Assembly (NCBI GenBank): GCA_009103225.1
Contig: RHPI01003156.1
Location: 864,159 to 928,158, forward strand
Direction of reading: 5' to 3'
From: Chlorokybus atmophyticus
Taxonomy: Eukaryota; Plantae; Mesostigma and Chlorokybus algae
Length of the DNA: 64,000 nt
Shown: piece by piece, positions 1-14,919 of the stretch
How the letters are laid out: every line of letters starts with the position of its first letter
Position numbering within the stretch: the first letter of the stretch is position 1
Notes under the pieces: generated by a model
Seen by the model: the letters and a program-made list of their open reading frames with translations, nothing else
The model's database searches: none
Told to the model about the DNA's origin: nothing
Program-made: the position numbers and the translations under genes

Positions 1-1195
1 TCAGCGCACTGCACGGACAAAGATTTTTAGAAGCTACAGAAATTATTCAATAATGAAAACGCAAGGGAAATGGCATACATTGCACTGAAGCCCTCGCCGA
101 GAGAAATAGGCTGGCACTGAGGCGGAGGGCAGGGATGCGAGGCGCAAGCTAACAGGACTACCTAAGCGGCAACAAGCAGGACTTCATCGAACACATGGAA
201 TGGGAGTTCAAGACGTGGCATGGGCTGATATGCTTGGACAATCATGGCACGTTTTCAGAGATAGCCCACCGCAAACCACTTGCCAAAATCAAGAAGAGGG
301 AGAAAGACCTTATCAAGTGCATCATGTCCTTGGACAACATCTAGACGTTGCCTACCATCCTCAACCGGATGAGGCATGCTAATAAAGACTTTCCCTGCGA
401 TTACGCGGCATACAAGCGCCTGGAGAAGGTGCACCAAGAGCTCCTTGAGTGCTCAGCTGCCAAGGTAGCTGCTTAGTATTCTTGGCACAGCTCTATCGCC
501 GCCACCGCCGCCACTATCGCCGCCACTGCTAGCTAGCATCACCGCCAAGTTGGCGGCGCAAACCACAAGCAACTATGGCGGCCAGGGCTGCTGAGCTACT
601 CCACCGATGCGGGGTAACAGGTCTTACAGGTTGGGGTTGGAAAATGAAACAAGATGTATGATGTGTGGCAGACCAACCCCTGCGCCGCGGTGGTACTCCT
701 GTGCCTAGTATAGGCTATATATACTAGCGCTATACCGCTACCGGTAGACTGTATCGCGCTGCCACAAAGGCAGCGCTATTCAGTGCTACTCTGGTACTAC
801 TATTCTCCTTCGCTGCGCAGTTTGTATTAGTAGTAGCAGCAGTAGTAGTGGCAGCGGCATAAAGAGACATGATGTAAGTGGTGCATGTAGTTGTAGTCTT
901 CCTGGTGCTAACTTTGGGAGGGGTGCTTTGTTTACAGAAGCCTCTGCAATCCAGGCAAAGCACTCCACCACCAGTGGAACTGTGAAGATGCAATGTCCTG
1001 CGCATTTGTGACAACTACACATCAGCTTGTATGCTCATTTACAAACAGCAACAGCCTGTCTTTGTGCGTACATGCAACTAGCCACCACACTGACTGCTGA
1101 CAGGGTTACATACAACTACACTGGGCTGTTCCCAGTCCTGCAATACTCGGCAATGAATTACACAACCTAAGTGCACAACGCAATCAACATCAATG

Positions 1196-4100
1196 CTACA
1201 CCAGCGTCACACCGGCGGCAGCGCAATACTTGGCAAGCTTGGCCTGATCTGGCGAGGGCAGCGTTTGAATGACGGGGGCAAAACGCCCTCTATGTGCAGA
1301 GGTTAAGCGCCCAAGAGCAGCCGCCAGGAACTGCCGCGCGTCTTTCACGTTCTGCGCCGGGTCCTGTTCCGGCTTGTGAGCATGATGCAACTGAGCATAT
1401 ACAGCAGCATAGCCAGGCGTCTCGAATGCATCTTCGTCAGCATCATACTCTGCCTCAGCGGCCTCAACTGCCTCAGAGGGCTCTTCACACAGAGCGACAG
1501 CTGTATGCAAGAGCTTTGCCCAAAGTGGAAGCGCCGCATCAGCCTGCATGACACAGTGAGCGATGAGCATGCATACTTGTATGATTGTTCTGTCTCACAT
1601 TAGTCACACCCAAGTCAAAGTGACACAACAAAAGGCAAATACGAACCTGCAGAGTACTGCAATCTGCGAGCGTTCTTGAAAGCGCAACAACCAGCAGTTT
1701 TCGTTCCATCCGGCCGGCGATGGTGGCAGCAGCAGGAACCCATACAGCTTCCAACAACATGCCAAATACCCCTCTCTGCACGGATTCAATGCTCTCAGCC
1801 ACGACGACAGGCCCATGAACTGATATAAACAGTGCCAGAAATACTGCCAGGCCTCGGACATATTTGGGCGTCTTGATGGTCTGCAACAAGTGGTGACTCA
1901 GTACGGTGTTATTCAACGATGCACGACGCACAACGGCGTGTGATATACACCATAAGGTGGTAGTGCATGTTAGAATGCGCCAGATGCGGGTGTGCAGATA
2001 ATTACCTGCAAACGATTGAAAAGCAATGACCAGACATTGGGTAGGTATGGTGCAAGAGTAGCCGGTGGAAGCTTTTCAACGACCGCGTTCACAATATAGA
2101 AGCCTTCATGATCATGAGACTTCATTCCAATCAACCGCTGCACATCAAGGCACGTTAGCAACGACAAAGATGATCCAGCCTCTGCCCAAGTTTCATCAAA
2201 CAACACAAGACAGACCTGGAAGACGCCCAAGATGGCTTGCAGCTGGTTGCGAGCTACAACCTCTTGCGAAGCCTGTGAAAGGTACGCCTGGCCCAGCACA
2301 TTGAAAGGTAAATGACGGCATTGGGCATTTCATGGCATGATACCTGTTGCAGGTTAGCTTTGCACAGAAAGCCACCAACGCAATTGGCTCGGTACCTGCA
2401 AAAGACGCACAAGCGCTGGGACATTTCCTGGCCTTTCCCATAAAACAGGGGAGACGAGGGCTGGCAATAGTGCAAGGTATGGCTCTGAAAGCGGAGCTGG
2501 CCGGCACTCCGCCATGAAAGCCAGCAGCTGGAACACATAAGGCGAAAACTCCTGAATGTCTTGTTCAAGCACCTGTTTGCATGAAAATCAATGGCAAGCT
2601 GACACAAAGACTGGTAACCATACACGTGTCGCTGCTGTCTGCTGGGCTGACAAAAGCGCAGCTGTGTGGGCCAGCGTGCTTACTATTTGAAAGACTGGGA
2701 AAAGTGCAGCCTCCAGTGAGGCGGCTGTCGCTGCATCCAGCTTTGTGTCGGTTCCTCCTGCTGCTCGTATCAACGCCGCAATAGACTCAAACAGGTAGTG
2801 GTTGAAGCCAGGATGCGTTGGGTTTTGGCATACACGCTGCACGAATTGCCAAAATATTAAATGCGATGTGTGCCTTCTTTTACCCCGCGGCCGAGGGGAG
2901 GGGGCGGGGGGGGCATCAACCAGGCTGCATACTCCTCAACAGCACAACGTCTGACCAGGGACAACCGGTCACACTACGCACACACCTGAAGGGTCGCAGT
3001 GAGGTGGGAAAGGATGGTAGGAACAAAAGGTCGTGCTGTGTCTGCAGCAAACGCAACAACTCGCAGCACAGCGTGCATGATGTACTCATTTTCTCCGGAC
3101 TCCGGTTGCGACAATGCACCAAACAACCCGCCCAACAAGCCCTGCGCGGTTGCTTAGAATGCAATGTAGCACAGGCCAGAAAACCGCACTTCCTTTTGCC
3201 CACTGTGACAGCGTAGTGCAAAGCGCCATTCACTATGTATGCATGTGACGCAAGTAATATGTGTAATTGCTTGTAGCATGTCCACACCAAGGTCAACCTG
3301 CAAATGAGGGGCAATGTCCGACGTTTGGAAGCGTGGCGACCGTCGTGTAGGTGCACTCTGATCAGGATCCTTCACTGATAACAGTCTCTCCAGAGCATGC
3401 GCAGCGTACGAATGCACCACATACGAGTCAGACGCCAGCAAAGATGTGAGTGAAGGAAACAGTGCAAGTGCGGTTGCCTTTGGGATCTGCCACAGCACAG
3501 AGTCGTAAATATGTGCCTCAATGTCAACAGCTGGACACACCAGGCAGTTGCAAAACCTGTGCTCGAAACGTGGTGAGGAACTTCAATGCAGCTGCTTGCA
3601 ACACAGGTTGAGCGCGGTTGCCAGTGGCCTGCAGAAAGGTGTGCGTTGTGATGCATATGCATAGGCACAGACAGAAGTTTGCATGAGACTCGACCAGCTA
3701 AAGTGGCTTTCACACCTACCTGTAACTCCGGAATAATCTGCATTGTGAAGAACTCTCCAATGTTCACCAAGCCACTGACAGCAGTAGCTCCGTGTACCGC
3801 AGACTTCTGTCGCACCTGTTGCAATTGGGCAATGAGACGCCTGCTGCTACTACTCACCTTGCACATGAACCGACTGCATGAATGCAGTACCGCAAGTGCG
3901 ATGACAAGAGCAATGGCGGCATCTTTTGCTCTCCAGTTGGCGGCTGAATTGCTTGCATATTCCTGTAACATGCAGAGTAAGAGCACTGGTGCTGTGGCAT
4001 GATGCTACACACACGTGAGTATGGCGTGACAGCATTGCATGGGTTGATATGACGAAGTCTTGGACACGTTCTGTCGACCCTTAGCGCCAATTGCAACCTC

Positions 4101-6578
4101 TTGCGTGCAATTGCAACCTCTTGTGTGCATTGCCACAACATTATGGCAAAGGCCTTTCCCCACCTGTAACACCGTGGTAGGCAGGGAAAGGCCCGTTAAT
4201 CGGGTGCTTCGTGCATAAGACGAAGGAAGTCGGCAATCACGATTGTCTTAGATACATGCAAGACATGCAGTCCAACAGTCCAAGTCACATGGTTGTGATT
4301 GCCAGTGTGAGTGCAGTTTGTCGATACCTGCAGCATGCTCCCGACATAGGTTGAGCACAATCCTGTCACAGCCTCCTCATGTCTCGATGCCAGCCCACGA
4401 ACCAACTCACAGGCAGACCTCCTGCGCGTATTGCTATCGTTGCCCTCCATGTCACGCCGGATGTACTCAACAGGGTTGAGGTCAAACAACTCATCGTCGT
4501 CTGCACGCAAGCGCAGATTGGGAAGAATAATCCGCTCGCCAATCTTCTGCAAGGTCGTCGGATCAGAGAACAACCCTGAATGCACTGAGCGGCTGACCAG
4601 CATCAAAAACCTGCAAGCCCACAACAAAAGCACTTAGCCAGGGATTGGTTATCTCTAAACGTGCATTGCATCAAACACAGCAAGGCATCAACCTCATTGC
4701 AACTGTTGCCAGCCCATCTTGACCAGCGCCTGGGCCGACATGCACGAGCAACTCCCAGACATCCGCAACGAAAGTAGGAAGATAGCTTTGAAACTCTTCT
4801 TCATTCTTCTCCATGAACTGTGCTTGACGCACAAAGTATTGAGATCAGCCTCCTTCATGCATGTTCTGCATTGCAGGTGTTGCAAGCGCCATGTACCAGG
4901 CAAATGTTATCGCAGATGGCCGCTTTCATTAGATCCACTGGTGACGGCATGTCTGGATCCATGGCAGCCACTGCAGGATCTTCAAAGGGAAGCAGCTGGT
5001 GGAACTCGTTCATCCACTCTGCTCACATTGACAAGATGTTGAGCACAGCAGAAGATTTGCTTCAACAATGCCTGAGACGCACTCAGCAACACACCTGCTA
5101 GATGGTCCTCAATAACATCAGGTAGTTCAACTGAGTTGAGCGAGTAAAATATCCTGTTGCACCATCGGGAAGCGGCGAGCAGTGGTATCAGCGCATCAGC
5201 CTGGCCCCTTACGGTGTTTATTCTCTGATTCGTCTTTTTGAAAACTTCCAGAAGAGGAGCGACAAACAGGTCCAATACATAGCGGAGTTCCAACTGTAAC
5301 AGCACAGCACAAGGTCAGCACACGCCATATTGGCTCCGCGCACGCTTAACATGTCATGTTAGCAAATGGCCTACCCGCAATTGCTGCGACGGAAATTGCC
5401 CCCTGAATCTTTTGAAGATGGTGTTTGCCGTCTGCAAAACACCATTGATGGTGGAATAGTTATCAGTGTTCAGCTTCGCCACAAGGTCGGGTAGCAGCCC
5501 CCTCCATTTGTCGGGGAAGTCGTGGCCACTTATGATTGCAAGCGCCTCAGCTAGCTGCGCTTGCACACGTGCAGGCTGTACGAGCATAAGATCTGGCAGC
5601 ACCGCCTTGATGTGATCCTTCTCTTCCTGTGAAACACCAGGAGCTTCCGCTGGCTGCCATCTGTACTTCACCCAGTTCTTGAATGCAACCGCTGCGGCCT
5701 GCTGGACAGCTTCCGGGACAGGGGAAGCGCCGCTTGCGGGCAGCAGCTGCAAGATAGTAGCACCGAACCCCGGCTTTTTCTGCGCATCTGCAAAGCGGGT
5801 GCACATCAGCAAAATAACAGGGGGAAGGCAACTCACGATGTGCAGAAAGCAAGCATGTACACAGCGTATGCATAATTCTGTCGCTGCAGATGGTTGGTGG
5901 CATCATCAGTTGTCCTTCCCAAGCTAGATACAGCACCAACATATGCATGCATGGTCATACCAGCTATGCAACTGCATGCATAGCTAACAGGACATCCAGA
6001 TAGCACATCGAACATCGGACCTCAATTTACTACTGCAGTCATATTGCTAAACGCAGACGCGAACACTTAAGCATGCTGCAGCAAGCTTGTTCTGCGGTTC
6101 CCCAATTGCAAATACGAGAGCAATTGCTTCGTGACTAGTTGTGCGATGTTGTACACGTTTAAAGCACTGGCTGAAAAAGTACGTCACGTAACGGAAGGTT
6201 GACAGATGTTACCCCCGAACCCTGTGAACTAAATAAGACGATTTAGTGGCAGACTTCCTACATCATATGATCACAAACAAGTCACAAGCAAAATCCACCT
6301 CTGCGGCATGACTGTACTCACAACACGCTTGTCGGAGGTGTGGTGATGATGAGCTCGTAGAGTGCTGAATCAGACATAATAGCGCACAAGCCGGTGATAG
6401 AAGTTGAGCATACTCCTGTTACAAAAATCAGCAACATACAAACCGTGACCATCACTAATTGGTCAGGTGGCTTGGCTTGCTTGCCTGCTAGAAAGCGCTC
6501 CGCCTGCTGTCGAGCTTCCCTGTCCGGCGAGAGTGTAGCGAGCAGGCAGGCAGAGAGCTGGTTGATGTCAGCAGCCAT
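1196..6578 (-). CDS. CSE1: Exportin-2 / importin-alpha re-exporter (CSE1/CAS), multi-exon
   Basis: Spliced exons read MAADINQLSACLLATLSPDREARQQAERFLA/DAQKKPGFGATILQLL..., VEYIRRDMEGNDSNTRRRSACELV, HPGFNHYLFESIAALIR, QEFSPYVFQLLA, LWERPGNVPALVRLLQ, ending ...CAAAGVTLV*. These match plant/yeast CSE1. ATG at 6578; first intron 6484-5788 has a GC donor. Confidence 0.93.
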
Positions 6579-6916
6579 CTCAGTACTGATCAACACATCA
6601 ACAAAGACGACAATGTCGCTGGCGACTACGACATCCACACCGATCCCGCCGCCGCCCCCTCTGCTGGCTACTTCACAGCATACATTTGAATGGCCGGCGG
6701 GAAAACCCTAGCCGAAAACCCAGTCAGACTTCGCTGTTATGTAACCTGCAAATGCCCTTTGCATCGGGATATCAGCAATTCCGCCGCAAGACAACGTCGA
6801 ATCCCGAGTCTTTATCATGGAAAAAGTTGAAGGAGAAATGGCTGCGGTCAGTGGCTTTGTGTGCTGCACAACGCCACTGCAATTGCGCCTGCCATTAAGT
6901 GACCAGCTAGTTCAGC

Positions 6917-9900
6917 ATGGCAGCCCCCACGGCGGCGGCGGCGCCGGTGGGGTCGGCGGGGGAGATGGAAGACGGGCACGACGAGTTTATGGGCTACAAA
7001 GCGCACGAGGTTTTTGCTGATGTGCTGACGGACAAGCCTGGCTGGTTCAGCCCTGCCAGGTCAGCTGAGAGGGGAGGTGGCAGAGTAGCGAGTTAGGCTT
7101 TGTGTGCATGAGCGTGCGCCTAGAGTTCGCACGATTAGAATGAATGTGCACTTGGAGATTGCATGCTGTGTCATTTTGTTTGTTGTAGTGGAAGTGTTAA
7201 CTGGTTGCTTCAATTATGCAAAGCAGCAATCAAACATGCATGCATGCTGGTCTTGAGATCTGTATGCCCTTGTGTTTTCAAAAAGAGAAATCTGTCGTAA
7301 TCTCCACCATTTGACTCTCTTTCGGTAAGTTGTCTCTCTCTTGCTTGTGTTAATTTTGGTATTTATTATGGGTTTCGTTTCCTACTCCCTACTGTATGGT
7401 TGATCGTGGATAATGCTATTCTTGCCTCATTGCAAGTGAACCTTTTGCGTGTGTTGGAGGCTCATTCTGGGTGGTTGCATGTTGTACTATTGTGTTTCTC
7501 ACCAAGTAGACTTCTTCATTTTCTCTAGTACTGCAGTCCAAGTTATATGCACAAGTTTTCGGTGACACACCAGTAGGCTGCTAATATATCTTGAGCAGGC
7601 TGCTGGCGCTGTTTTGCGTAATCAACTTGATTAACTATGTGGACCGCGGCGTGATTGCCAGCAACGGCGTCAATGGGGCGCCTGCCGTGTGCGTCTCCGG
7701 CGAGTGCGACAGTGGATCTGGCATCCAGTAAGCCTTGCATTGTCCATACATACTCCTTTCTGAGTGCAGTTTGCATTGTAACACGCGGTGTACACAGCCC
7801 GAGCTTGAACAAACACATGTGCATGCTGTGCTGATAGTATTAGTACTGGTTATGAAACTGCTGCACCGTGCCGTCCTCCCTAACTACTACTACTACTACT
7901 ACTACTATGCATTGTTGTTTCTCATTCATGCCCGTTACCATGGGACACACTTAGTTATGATCGTCGGTGGTGTTTAACAGAGGAGCCTTCCGGCTCAGCA
8001 ACTTTGAGGATGGTGTGCTGCCGGCAGCGTTCATGGTCGGGCTGCTCGTGGCTTCTCCAACTTTTGCTGATTTGTCCAAAAGGTGAGCAGTGCACATGAT
8101 GTAGCTTCTGCATTGTTACCTGGATGTTTATGTTGCATCAGCAGAAGTTTGTTGTGAGGTCTGCAATTGGCCCACACTGCTGACACAAGACAGGGCTGTG
8201 CTGGCAGGTATAATCCATTTCGCCTGATTGGTGCAGGCCTCGCGGTTTGGACCGTCTCAACCGCTGGCTGCGGGTTTGCGCCAAACTTCATCATGCTGGT
8301 GCTCTGTCGCATGTAAGCTGTGCACGCTAAGCATGTCGCGTAGCAGTCAGGGCAAGCTTAGTGATGAGTAATCTTCTGGACAGGTTCGTTGGAGTTGGCG
8401 AGGCTTCGTTCATGGCGCTGGCCTCCCCTTTCATTGATGACTATGCGCCGCCTGCGCAGAAAGGGCGATGGCTGTCGCTGTTCTACATGTGCATTCCAGG
8501 TTGGTGGCTGTCATGCACGGCTCAGATTGATGCAGGACACCTAGGGCATCACACATGATTAGGTAAATTGTGCACATGTAGTGTGCATACAGGGATGCAG
8601 TAGCTGAGCAAGCTTTCTGGGCGCCTGTGCACACCCATACGTGTGTGCGTGCTTTGGTGTCAACATCAGGTTCACACATGTCGTCATGTTCGGGCATGTC
8701 CGTGCATGCTGCATGCACAGGCTCCTGCTCTCAACTATGTCTGGCAGAGCTGCTGTCGGGGGGGGAGGGGGTTCGCAGAAATCTCCATGCTTCTGTTGTT
8801 GACGCACTGAAACTCAATGCCTCTGTACACTCTTTGCAGCTGGTGTGGCTCTGGGATACGTGTTCGGCGGTTTAATCAGCAGCGTCCTGTCCTGGAGGTT
8901 TGCTTTCTGGGTGGAGTCGCTTCTGATGGTGCCATTCGCTGTCTTTGGTTTCACTGCCGCACCGCTCACGCTACGCATGGGAGATGCCGGTATGGTGGTC
9001 GGTGTACACGGCCTGTGTCGCAGTTGCCGCCGGTAGTGTGCGGTTCTGCATTGCGTGGTTGGCACATGCTGCTCTAAGGTCGTCTAATATTGACATCTGT
9101 GTGTATCACCTAGCTTCTTTGCTGTCTTACATAGTCAGCAGTTTCACTACAATGACATGAAGTGTTCCAGCAGGTGAAGGCTGTGCGCAGAGAGTTGACT
9201 CAGATGCTTCAACCGCCAAGGGTTCAAGGCACTCCAAGTATGTTGCAACATGTGGGACTGTTGTCTCATGCCGCATGTGCTACACCTGTTAATGTATCGC
9301 ATCCACACTCTCTTTCTCGTTGCTGCGTCAACTAAACACATGGTGTTACTCTGATACAGGGTTGCAGGTCAGGTAAAGAGCTTTCTGGTCGATACGCGCA
9401 CTCTGGTGCGAAACAAGATCTACTTCTTCACAACTCTTGGCAATGTTGCATACACGTGCACGCTGGGGGCGTATGCTTACTGGGGTCCCAAAGCTGGTAA
9501 AGCGGTGTTCAACATGGACAATGCGGACACCGTCTTTGGTGTGGTGACCATTCTTACAGGGGTGAGTTGCAGTGATTACAACCTTCAGCAAGCTTAGTGA
9601 GTCTCAATTACTCATTGCAAGTGTTGCACAGATTTTTGGTACCGTTGCTGGTGGTGCTCTGTTGGACAAGCTGGGAGCTTCAATCCCGCGCGCTCTGTTG
9701 CAGTGTGCCGTGTGTGCACTCGGGGGTGCGCTCTTCATCTTGCTGGCCTTCTCTTTCTCGTCCTCCGCGGCGTTCATACTGTGTTTCGCCATCGGCGAGT
9801 TCTTGATGTTCTCAACTCAGGTACACACGTTACCTCCATGCCAGCGGTTAACTTGGGGTTCCATTGACTGGGTTATCTCTATGTGACAGGGGCCAGTAGC

Positions 9901-10467
9901 GTTGACTGTACTTTGGTGTGTGCCCACGCAATTGCGGTCTGCTGCGATGGCGCTCATGACAGTTGCTGTGCACATATTTGGGGACGTGCCGTCTCCTCCC
10001 CTGCTTGGATTGCTACAGGTGTGTTGTTGTATCAACAGTACCATGTATCATGTCATACCTTGTTTGCTGCTTGAATAGTCCAGCTGCTGCATTGTTACTT
10101 GCATGCTTGCAGCAGCTGTGCGGCTTGCATAAAAGTTGCACCATCCTGCATGTGCACATGTCACTCGTGCATACCGTTGTGCTGACAGGCACTGTCTTGT
10201 GCCTAGGACCACTTGCACAACTGGCGAATAGTCATGTGTATCGTCACGACTGTGCTCTTGCTAGCGTCCGCTGCTTGGGGCATAGGTGAGTTGCCTTTCA
10301 ACCAGAGTTGACATGAGCCTCTTGTTTCATGTTTTCATGAGGCATTCTGTTGTAACACAGGTTGGCGTGTCTCCCGTACGCACTCTTCAGCACATGGGTC
10401 CCAAGACAACAGCACAGAGCACCCAAGCAGTCAACAACATGAACCGTTGTTGGGTTCAGGGGGCTGA
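6917..10467 (+). CDS. Spinster-family MFS transporter (sphingolipid transporter-like), multi-exon
   Basis: Exons give PGWFSPAR, INLINYVDRGVIASNGVNG, FVGVGEASFMALASPFIDDYAP, LGAYAYWGPKAG, HIFGDVPSPPLLGLLQ, DHLHNWR, and a C-terminal EPLLGSGG*. Closely follows plant spinster homologues. Start and last exon are inferred. Confidence 0.86.
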
Positions 10468-12479
10468 GTGGCATGCAGCTAGTTATGTCTTATGTATCAG
10501 TAGTCCACATTCCTTTGTACATATTATTCACGAGTTGTCTCTCTCTCACTCTCTTTAGGTACATGCCGTGCTGCACTTGAATATAACGGTGTACTGCATA
10601 TGATTGCTCTGACTGTTTGTTGAGTTGGTTAGGGTGTCAGTTACTCAGTCTTGCCTACGACACGCTTGATTAAAAGGAACCTACCTCAGCCAACACCAGC
10701 TGGAGTTACTGCCTTTCTTGCATGCGCTTCTGTAGTCATCAGCGTTGGACTGCATATTGACTGACCATGGGTGAAGGCTGCCGCTGGCTCAGCAGATGTG
10801 AGGAGGCTATGGCCAAGCTTGTGTGGTAAACAGGTACTCGTGTGCTGCTGTTTGTGGGTATATACTTTGGTCTAGCTACAGGTAAACATAAAAGTATGCT
10901 ATCTGCATCGAGTGTGAGAAATTGTGTTGATTTATGTCTCACAACAAATCAAAGTAAGGCGCGAAATATAGTATAAACACCCCTTGGAATGCATTGTGAC
11001 AAACGGCCCGTTAACCTAGTGCATGGCACGGTTGATGGCACACAGAGTAATTGTGCGTAATATCAAGGTATTGTGCATATGGTATAGCAGTGCAAACGCA
11101 TTCATTGGCACATGCACAGTCAACTAAGCAAGCGCACACACAGCCAAGCCAACACAATACATGTCAGCAACCTATCAAACTAAGGGGGCTGGGCTATGTG
11201 CATAGTGCTGACGAAGGCATGACGGCTGCAGCGTTCAGCAGCGGTGGTGCAGGCGCAAGAGGAGGAGGAGGAGGAGAAGGAGGGAGAGAAAGAGGTATAG
11301 GTGAGACCACGAGGCAGGCATTACAAGGACGTCCATGACCGCGACTACGTGAATGCCCAGTCCCACGAATTGCCTTAGCCGCAAGTCGCTTATCTCCTGT
11401 TCACGCAACTCACAACAGCCAACGGCCGCCACCAAAAACGGCTGCAGGCAATATAGCGTCGCAATCATGTTATGCAGCAATAGCATGCTAAGAAAAGTCA
11501 CATAGCAAGTTACACATAGTCACATACAGAGCATCGTTGTCAAGTTCAAAGGACTGGCCTAAGCAACTCTCAGTTCCTTACTTATACGGTAAGGAAGAAG
11601 GACTAAGTGAGGTTTCCATAAAGTCATGGTGAGTGTAGCACCTTGGCATACGTGCTCATGAAATTAGTTCTTATGCATGTAGTGTATAAGGAGCTACACA
11701 AGGCACTGTCTACTAGTACAGGATCGGTTAGTGTCAATGCGCATTGTCGCACAGGCAGCAAGTACGCTGCCTATGTTGACGTGTCTGAGGGTGGACAAAG
11801 TTTGCATGTGCTGACAGGTCAGCGCACTGGTGGCGAGGGCTTGTTGGCTTTGGACATCATATGTGCCAGGCCGGATGTCACAGCCCACTCGACCACAAAA
11901 GACTTGGTGCTTTTATGGTCGATTTGTGGTAATTTAATGTACCTTCCCGTAACACCGGAGAGCAACAGGTAGTATAAAGGCGTGACTACCACCTTGTGGT
12001 GGCAATTAGTTGCTGGCCTTGCGGAGCTACTTGTGTGTGGGGTGCTTGGCTGAAGCTGTTGTAGGGTGCTCTTCTTATCTACTCCTTGTGGGGGTATTGC
12101 AAGGTATAGCAAGTTGAATTGCTTGCGGAAGTTTGCTACGCTCTCGGCAGGTAAGTTGAATGGTGGACGTGACATTGGCATTGGCGCGGTGTTCCAAGCC
12201 TTACATGCTTGTGCATCAGCTTGCACACATGTTGCTGGCATACGTGTTGCATTCTTTGCTTGCATATGCTTTGTAGCAGTGTTGCTGGCTAAGATTGCAT
12301 GCTAGTTGGCTATTCCAATTGCGTGCACACTTGCATATTCGGTGTGGGCTGTATTCCACGCTATCTCTGGCATCTGATTGTGTGCATCACTGTTGCATAC
12401 AAACGGAGCAGTGTTGAGAGGGTGTGATTATCGCATTCACACTCATTGCGTGCTGACATAGCAAAAAAGTTTCAGAATG

Positions 12480-13603
12480 GATTTGGCTGGTGCAAATGCT
12501 GCCCACCCGCTAGCAGCTCAGGTAACCAAGCTTCGGAACCAAATGCAACCCATGTTGGCTGTTAACACATCCATGAAGGAATAGCATGAGGAGCAGCTGG
12601 CTAAGTTGACAGCTGCAAACGCGCACAAAATGATGCCATGCCTTGAGTTCTTCTCAGGCGCTCATGAGGGGAAAGGCAAGGATCTTGGTGTTGCTATGCG
12701 TGCCTGGTAAGTCGGATGCAAGCGTGTGTTGAGTGCTGCTGAGGTTTCGCCTGGGCATGAGGCCAAGGCAATTGTACTGTTGGCACCCTACTTGCGGGGC
12801 AGTGCTGCACACATGTGGGAAGGGGCTTTTCCACGCCTAAAGGCCGCTGGCAAGGATGTCACGAGCCTGGGTGTGCTTAAGAGTACTATATTGCTTATGG
12901 GGGTGTGAACCCATCGCAGAAAGCACGTGACAAGCTAAGCTTGGGCGTTTGAAAGTCAAGCCTGGGCAATGAAGGACTTTACTGTCTTCTTCAGGTCAGT
13001 GTGTGCCGTGGTCGGCCCTGACATGTTGCTCTATGATGCGAAGAAGATGGATAAGTATTGAGTCGCTCTGCCAGAGGATACAAAGAAGCAGCTAACCTTA
13101 AAGAAGGCCTTGAATCCTTCCCGCATGCTGACTACGAATTAATGAAGCGCACGGCTGTCCAGCATGACAGCAGCCAGCGCATGATCAACCTGGCCAAGAA
13201 GCTTACTCTTGTAAACAGCTCCTGGCCCTCATCGTTTACCACCACAGTTGCTAGTGGCAATGGCAATGGTAGAGGCAACAACCGCAAGCGCGGACGCCCA
13301 GACAGCAAAGGCAAGCACCCCTTTAAGCCTGCCAATAAGAAGCGCACCAATAACCTTCCAGAGGTCAGCCAAGAGCTGAAGGGTGCTCGCTTTAAGGCCG
13401 GAGTATGCCTGAAGTGCCGGGAGAACGGCCATCCAGTGGTCACCTGCCTCAACCCCGCCAATAACAAGCCCGTTGCATCAGATAACGAGGTGGAGAGCTT
13501 CTTGTCAAGCAGGAAAGCCTTGCCAGCTACCGACATTGTGTTGTACTTTATTGGTAACGTACACCCATCTTTTCGCACATGTGATGTTAGTGTGGGACAA
13601 TAA
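12480..13603 (+). pseudogene. Degenerate retrotransposon gag with CCHC zinc knuckle
   Basis: ORF 13058-13603 contains CLKCRENGHPVVTC (C-X2-C-X4-H-X4-C) after a basic/Asn-rich stretch. Upstream fragments (LEFFSG, APYLRGSAAHMWE) are gag-like and broken by stops. Confidence 0.6.
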
Positions 13604-13931
13604 AATGGCTGTGCCTGTTGACTCCTCCAATGCATGACGGTGTGGGCAAGCATGTGCTGCTTAAAGCGACCTTTGACAAGTTGTCAACAGTGCTCAAGCA
13701 CTGTGTAAAGTGCAAGAGCAAGAGTTCGCATAACACAAGTGCATGTATCACTGTGCCGAAGTATAGAGGACCATGGTTGTCCTATAAAAAGGGTATGCAA
13801 GTGGTGCAGGAGATTGACAGGGCTTAGACTGGCTTGGGATGGGCGTATCATGTATAACCCGCCAATTCTCCTTCGGGGAAATCGCTTGAATTTGACATGG
13901 CTGTTTAAGGTGACAGGTGCACGTGTGCCAG

Positions 13932-14919
13932 TGTAACGATACCACTCACTTACTTGCTGGACGGCTTGGCAAACTTATGCACAAGCACAAGGACTTACTT
14001 CCGAAAGCCCGACCAGCAACACACGGTGCAGTACCTTGAACGGGAAGTCACAGCACTGCACCAAGGAAGGAAAGAATGCCACCAACCTCTCTACTCAGCT
14101 CCCACACACATGCACACTTAAGCACACCCCACACACATGTGTGCAGAGCTGCCACAAGCATCGCACCCCACATGGGATGAGAGGGAGAGCCCTTGAACAA
14201 CTAAACTAGGCACCCCACACACAAGAGTCGAGTATGCACATGCTGAGCCCCTCCAACACTTGTTGAGGCCGTTCATATACCCCCTCTTTGCTGCTCTCCA
14301 ACTAAATCATCCAAGTCCAAGGCTACTTGCCTTGTCATGGCTGCGTTGGCCACAAGTCATGTCTAGGGCTGCCACATCAGCCCTTGGACCTCTTTTTTAA
14401 TGTCCAAGACTGATCACACATCAGCCTCAGACATTGTGAACGTCCTTGGCTGGTCACACCAGCCTTGGACATCACAAACATCACCTGTGGGCAATGTCAA
14501 CGTCCTTGGCTGGTCATATCAACCTAGGACATTACACATATGCATACATATGCATCCCTATGCATACATATGCGCGCATATGCACACATATGCGCATGCA
14601 TGCATACATTTAGTACGTACCTCATATCCTCACATATGCACTCATATGCGGACATATGCACATGCAAACATATGCACACCCATGTGAACACATGGCTCAC
14701 ATGGCCATGTCTCAATGGTACCGACCAGCTCTGTGCTTGCTGATATGCAATACCTTGTGTAGTTTCTCACTCAAGGCCTTATAGGCTCAAGAGCAGACCA
14801 CGTGAGAGCCACCCCACAAGCACTACACATGCTTATGACATGGAAAACGCACTCGGTCTCATCTTACTTACATAAGTAAGACACAGAGAATGACTTTGGC
14901 CAGCCTTATAGGCGTGACA
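13932..14919 (-). repeat. Probable 3' LTR of the chromoviral element
   Basis: On the minus strand the polypurine tract AAGTGGGGAGGAA (14920-14932) is followed by TGTCAC at 14919. A candidate end GTTACA lies at 13932. No second LTR is present to confirm the boundary. Confidence 0.5.
14430..14690. repeat. Tandem and low-complexity arrays inside the candidate LTR
   Basis: Two ~60-bp copies (aacgtccttggctggtca..cc.ggacat) followed by ~160 bp of CATATG/CACA-type purine-pyrimidine repeats. Confidence 0.8.

Noticed and set aside
1-900. Possible gag-like remnant with trinucleotide-rich tracts
   Set aside because: Short broken frames with no diagnostic motif; cannot be supported.
13690-13750. Second Cys/His cluster CVKCKSKSSHNTSAC
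   Set aside because: Spacing is non-canonical (C-X2-C-X5-H-X4-C), it lies in a very short ORF, and there is no supporting context.
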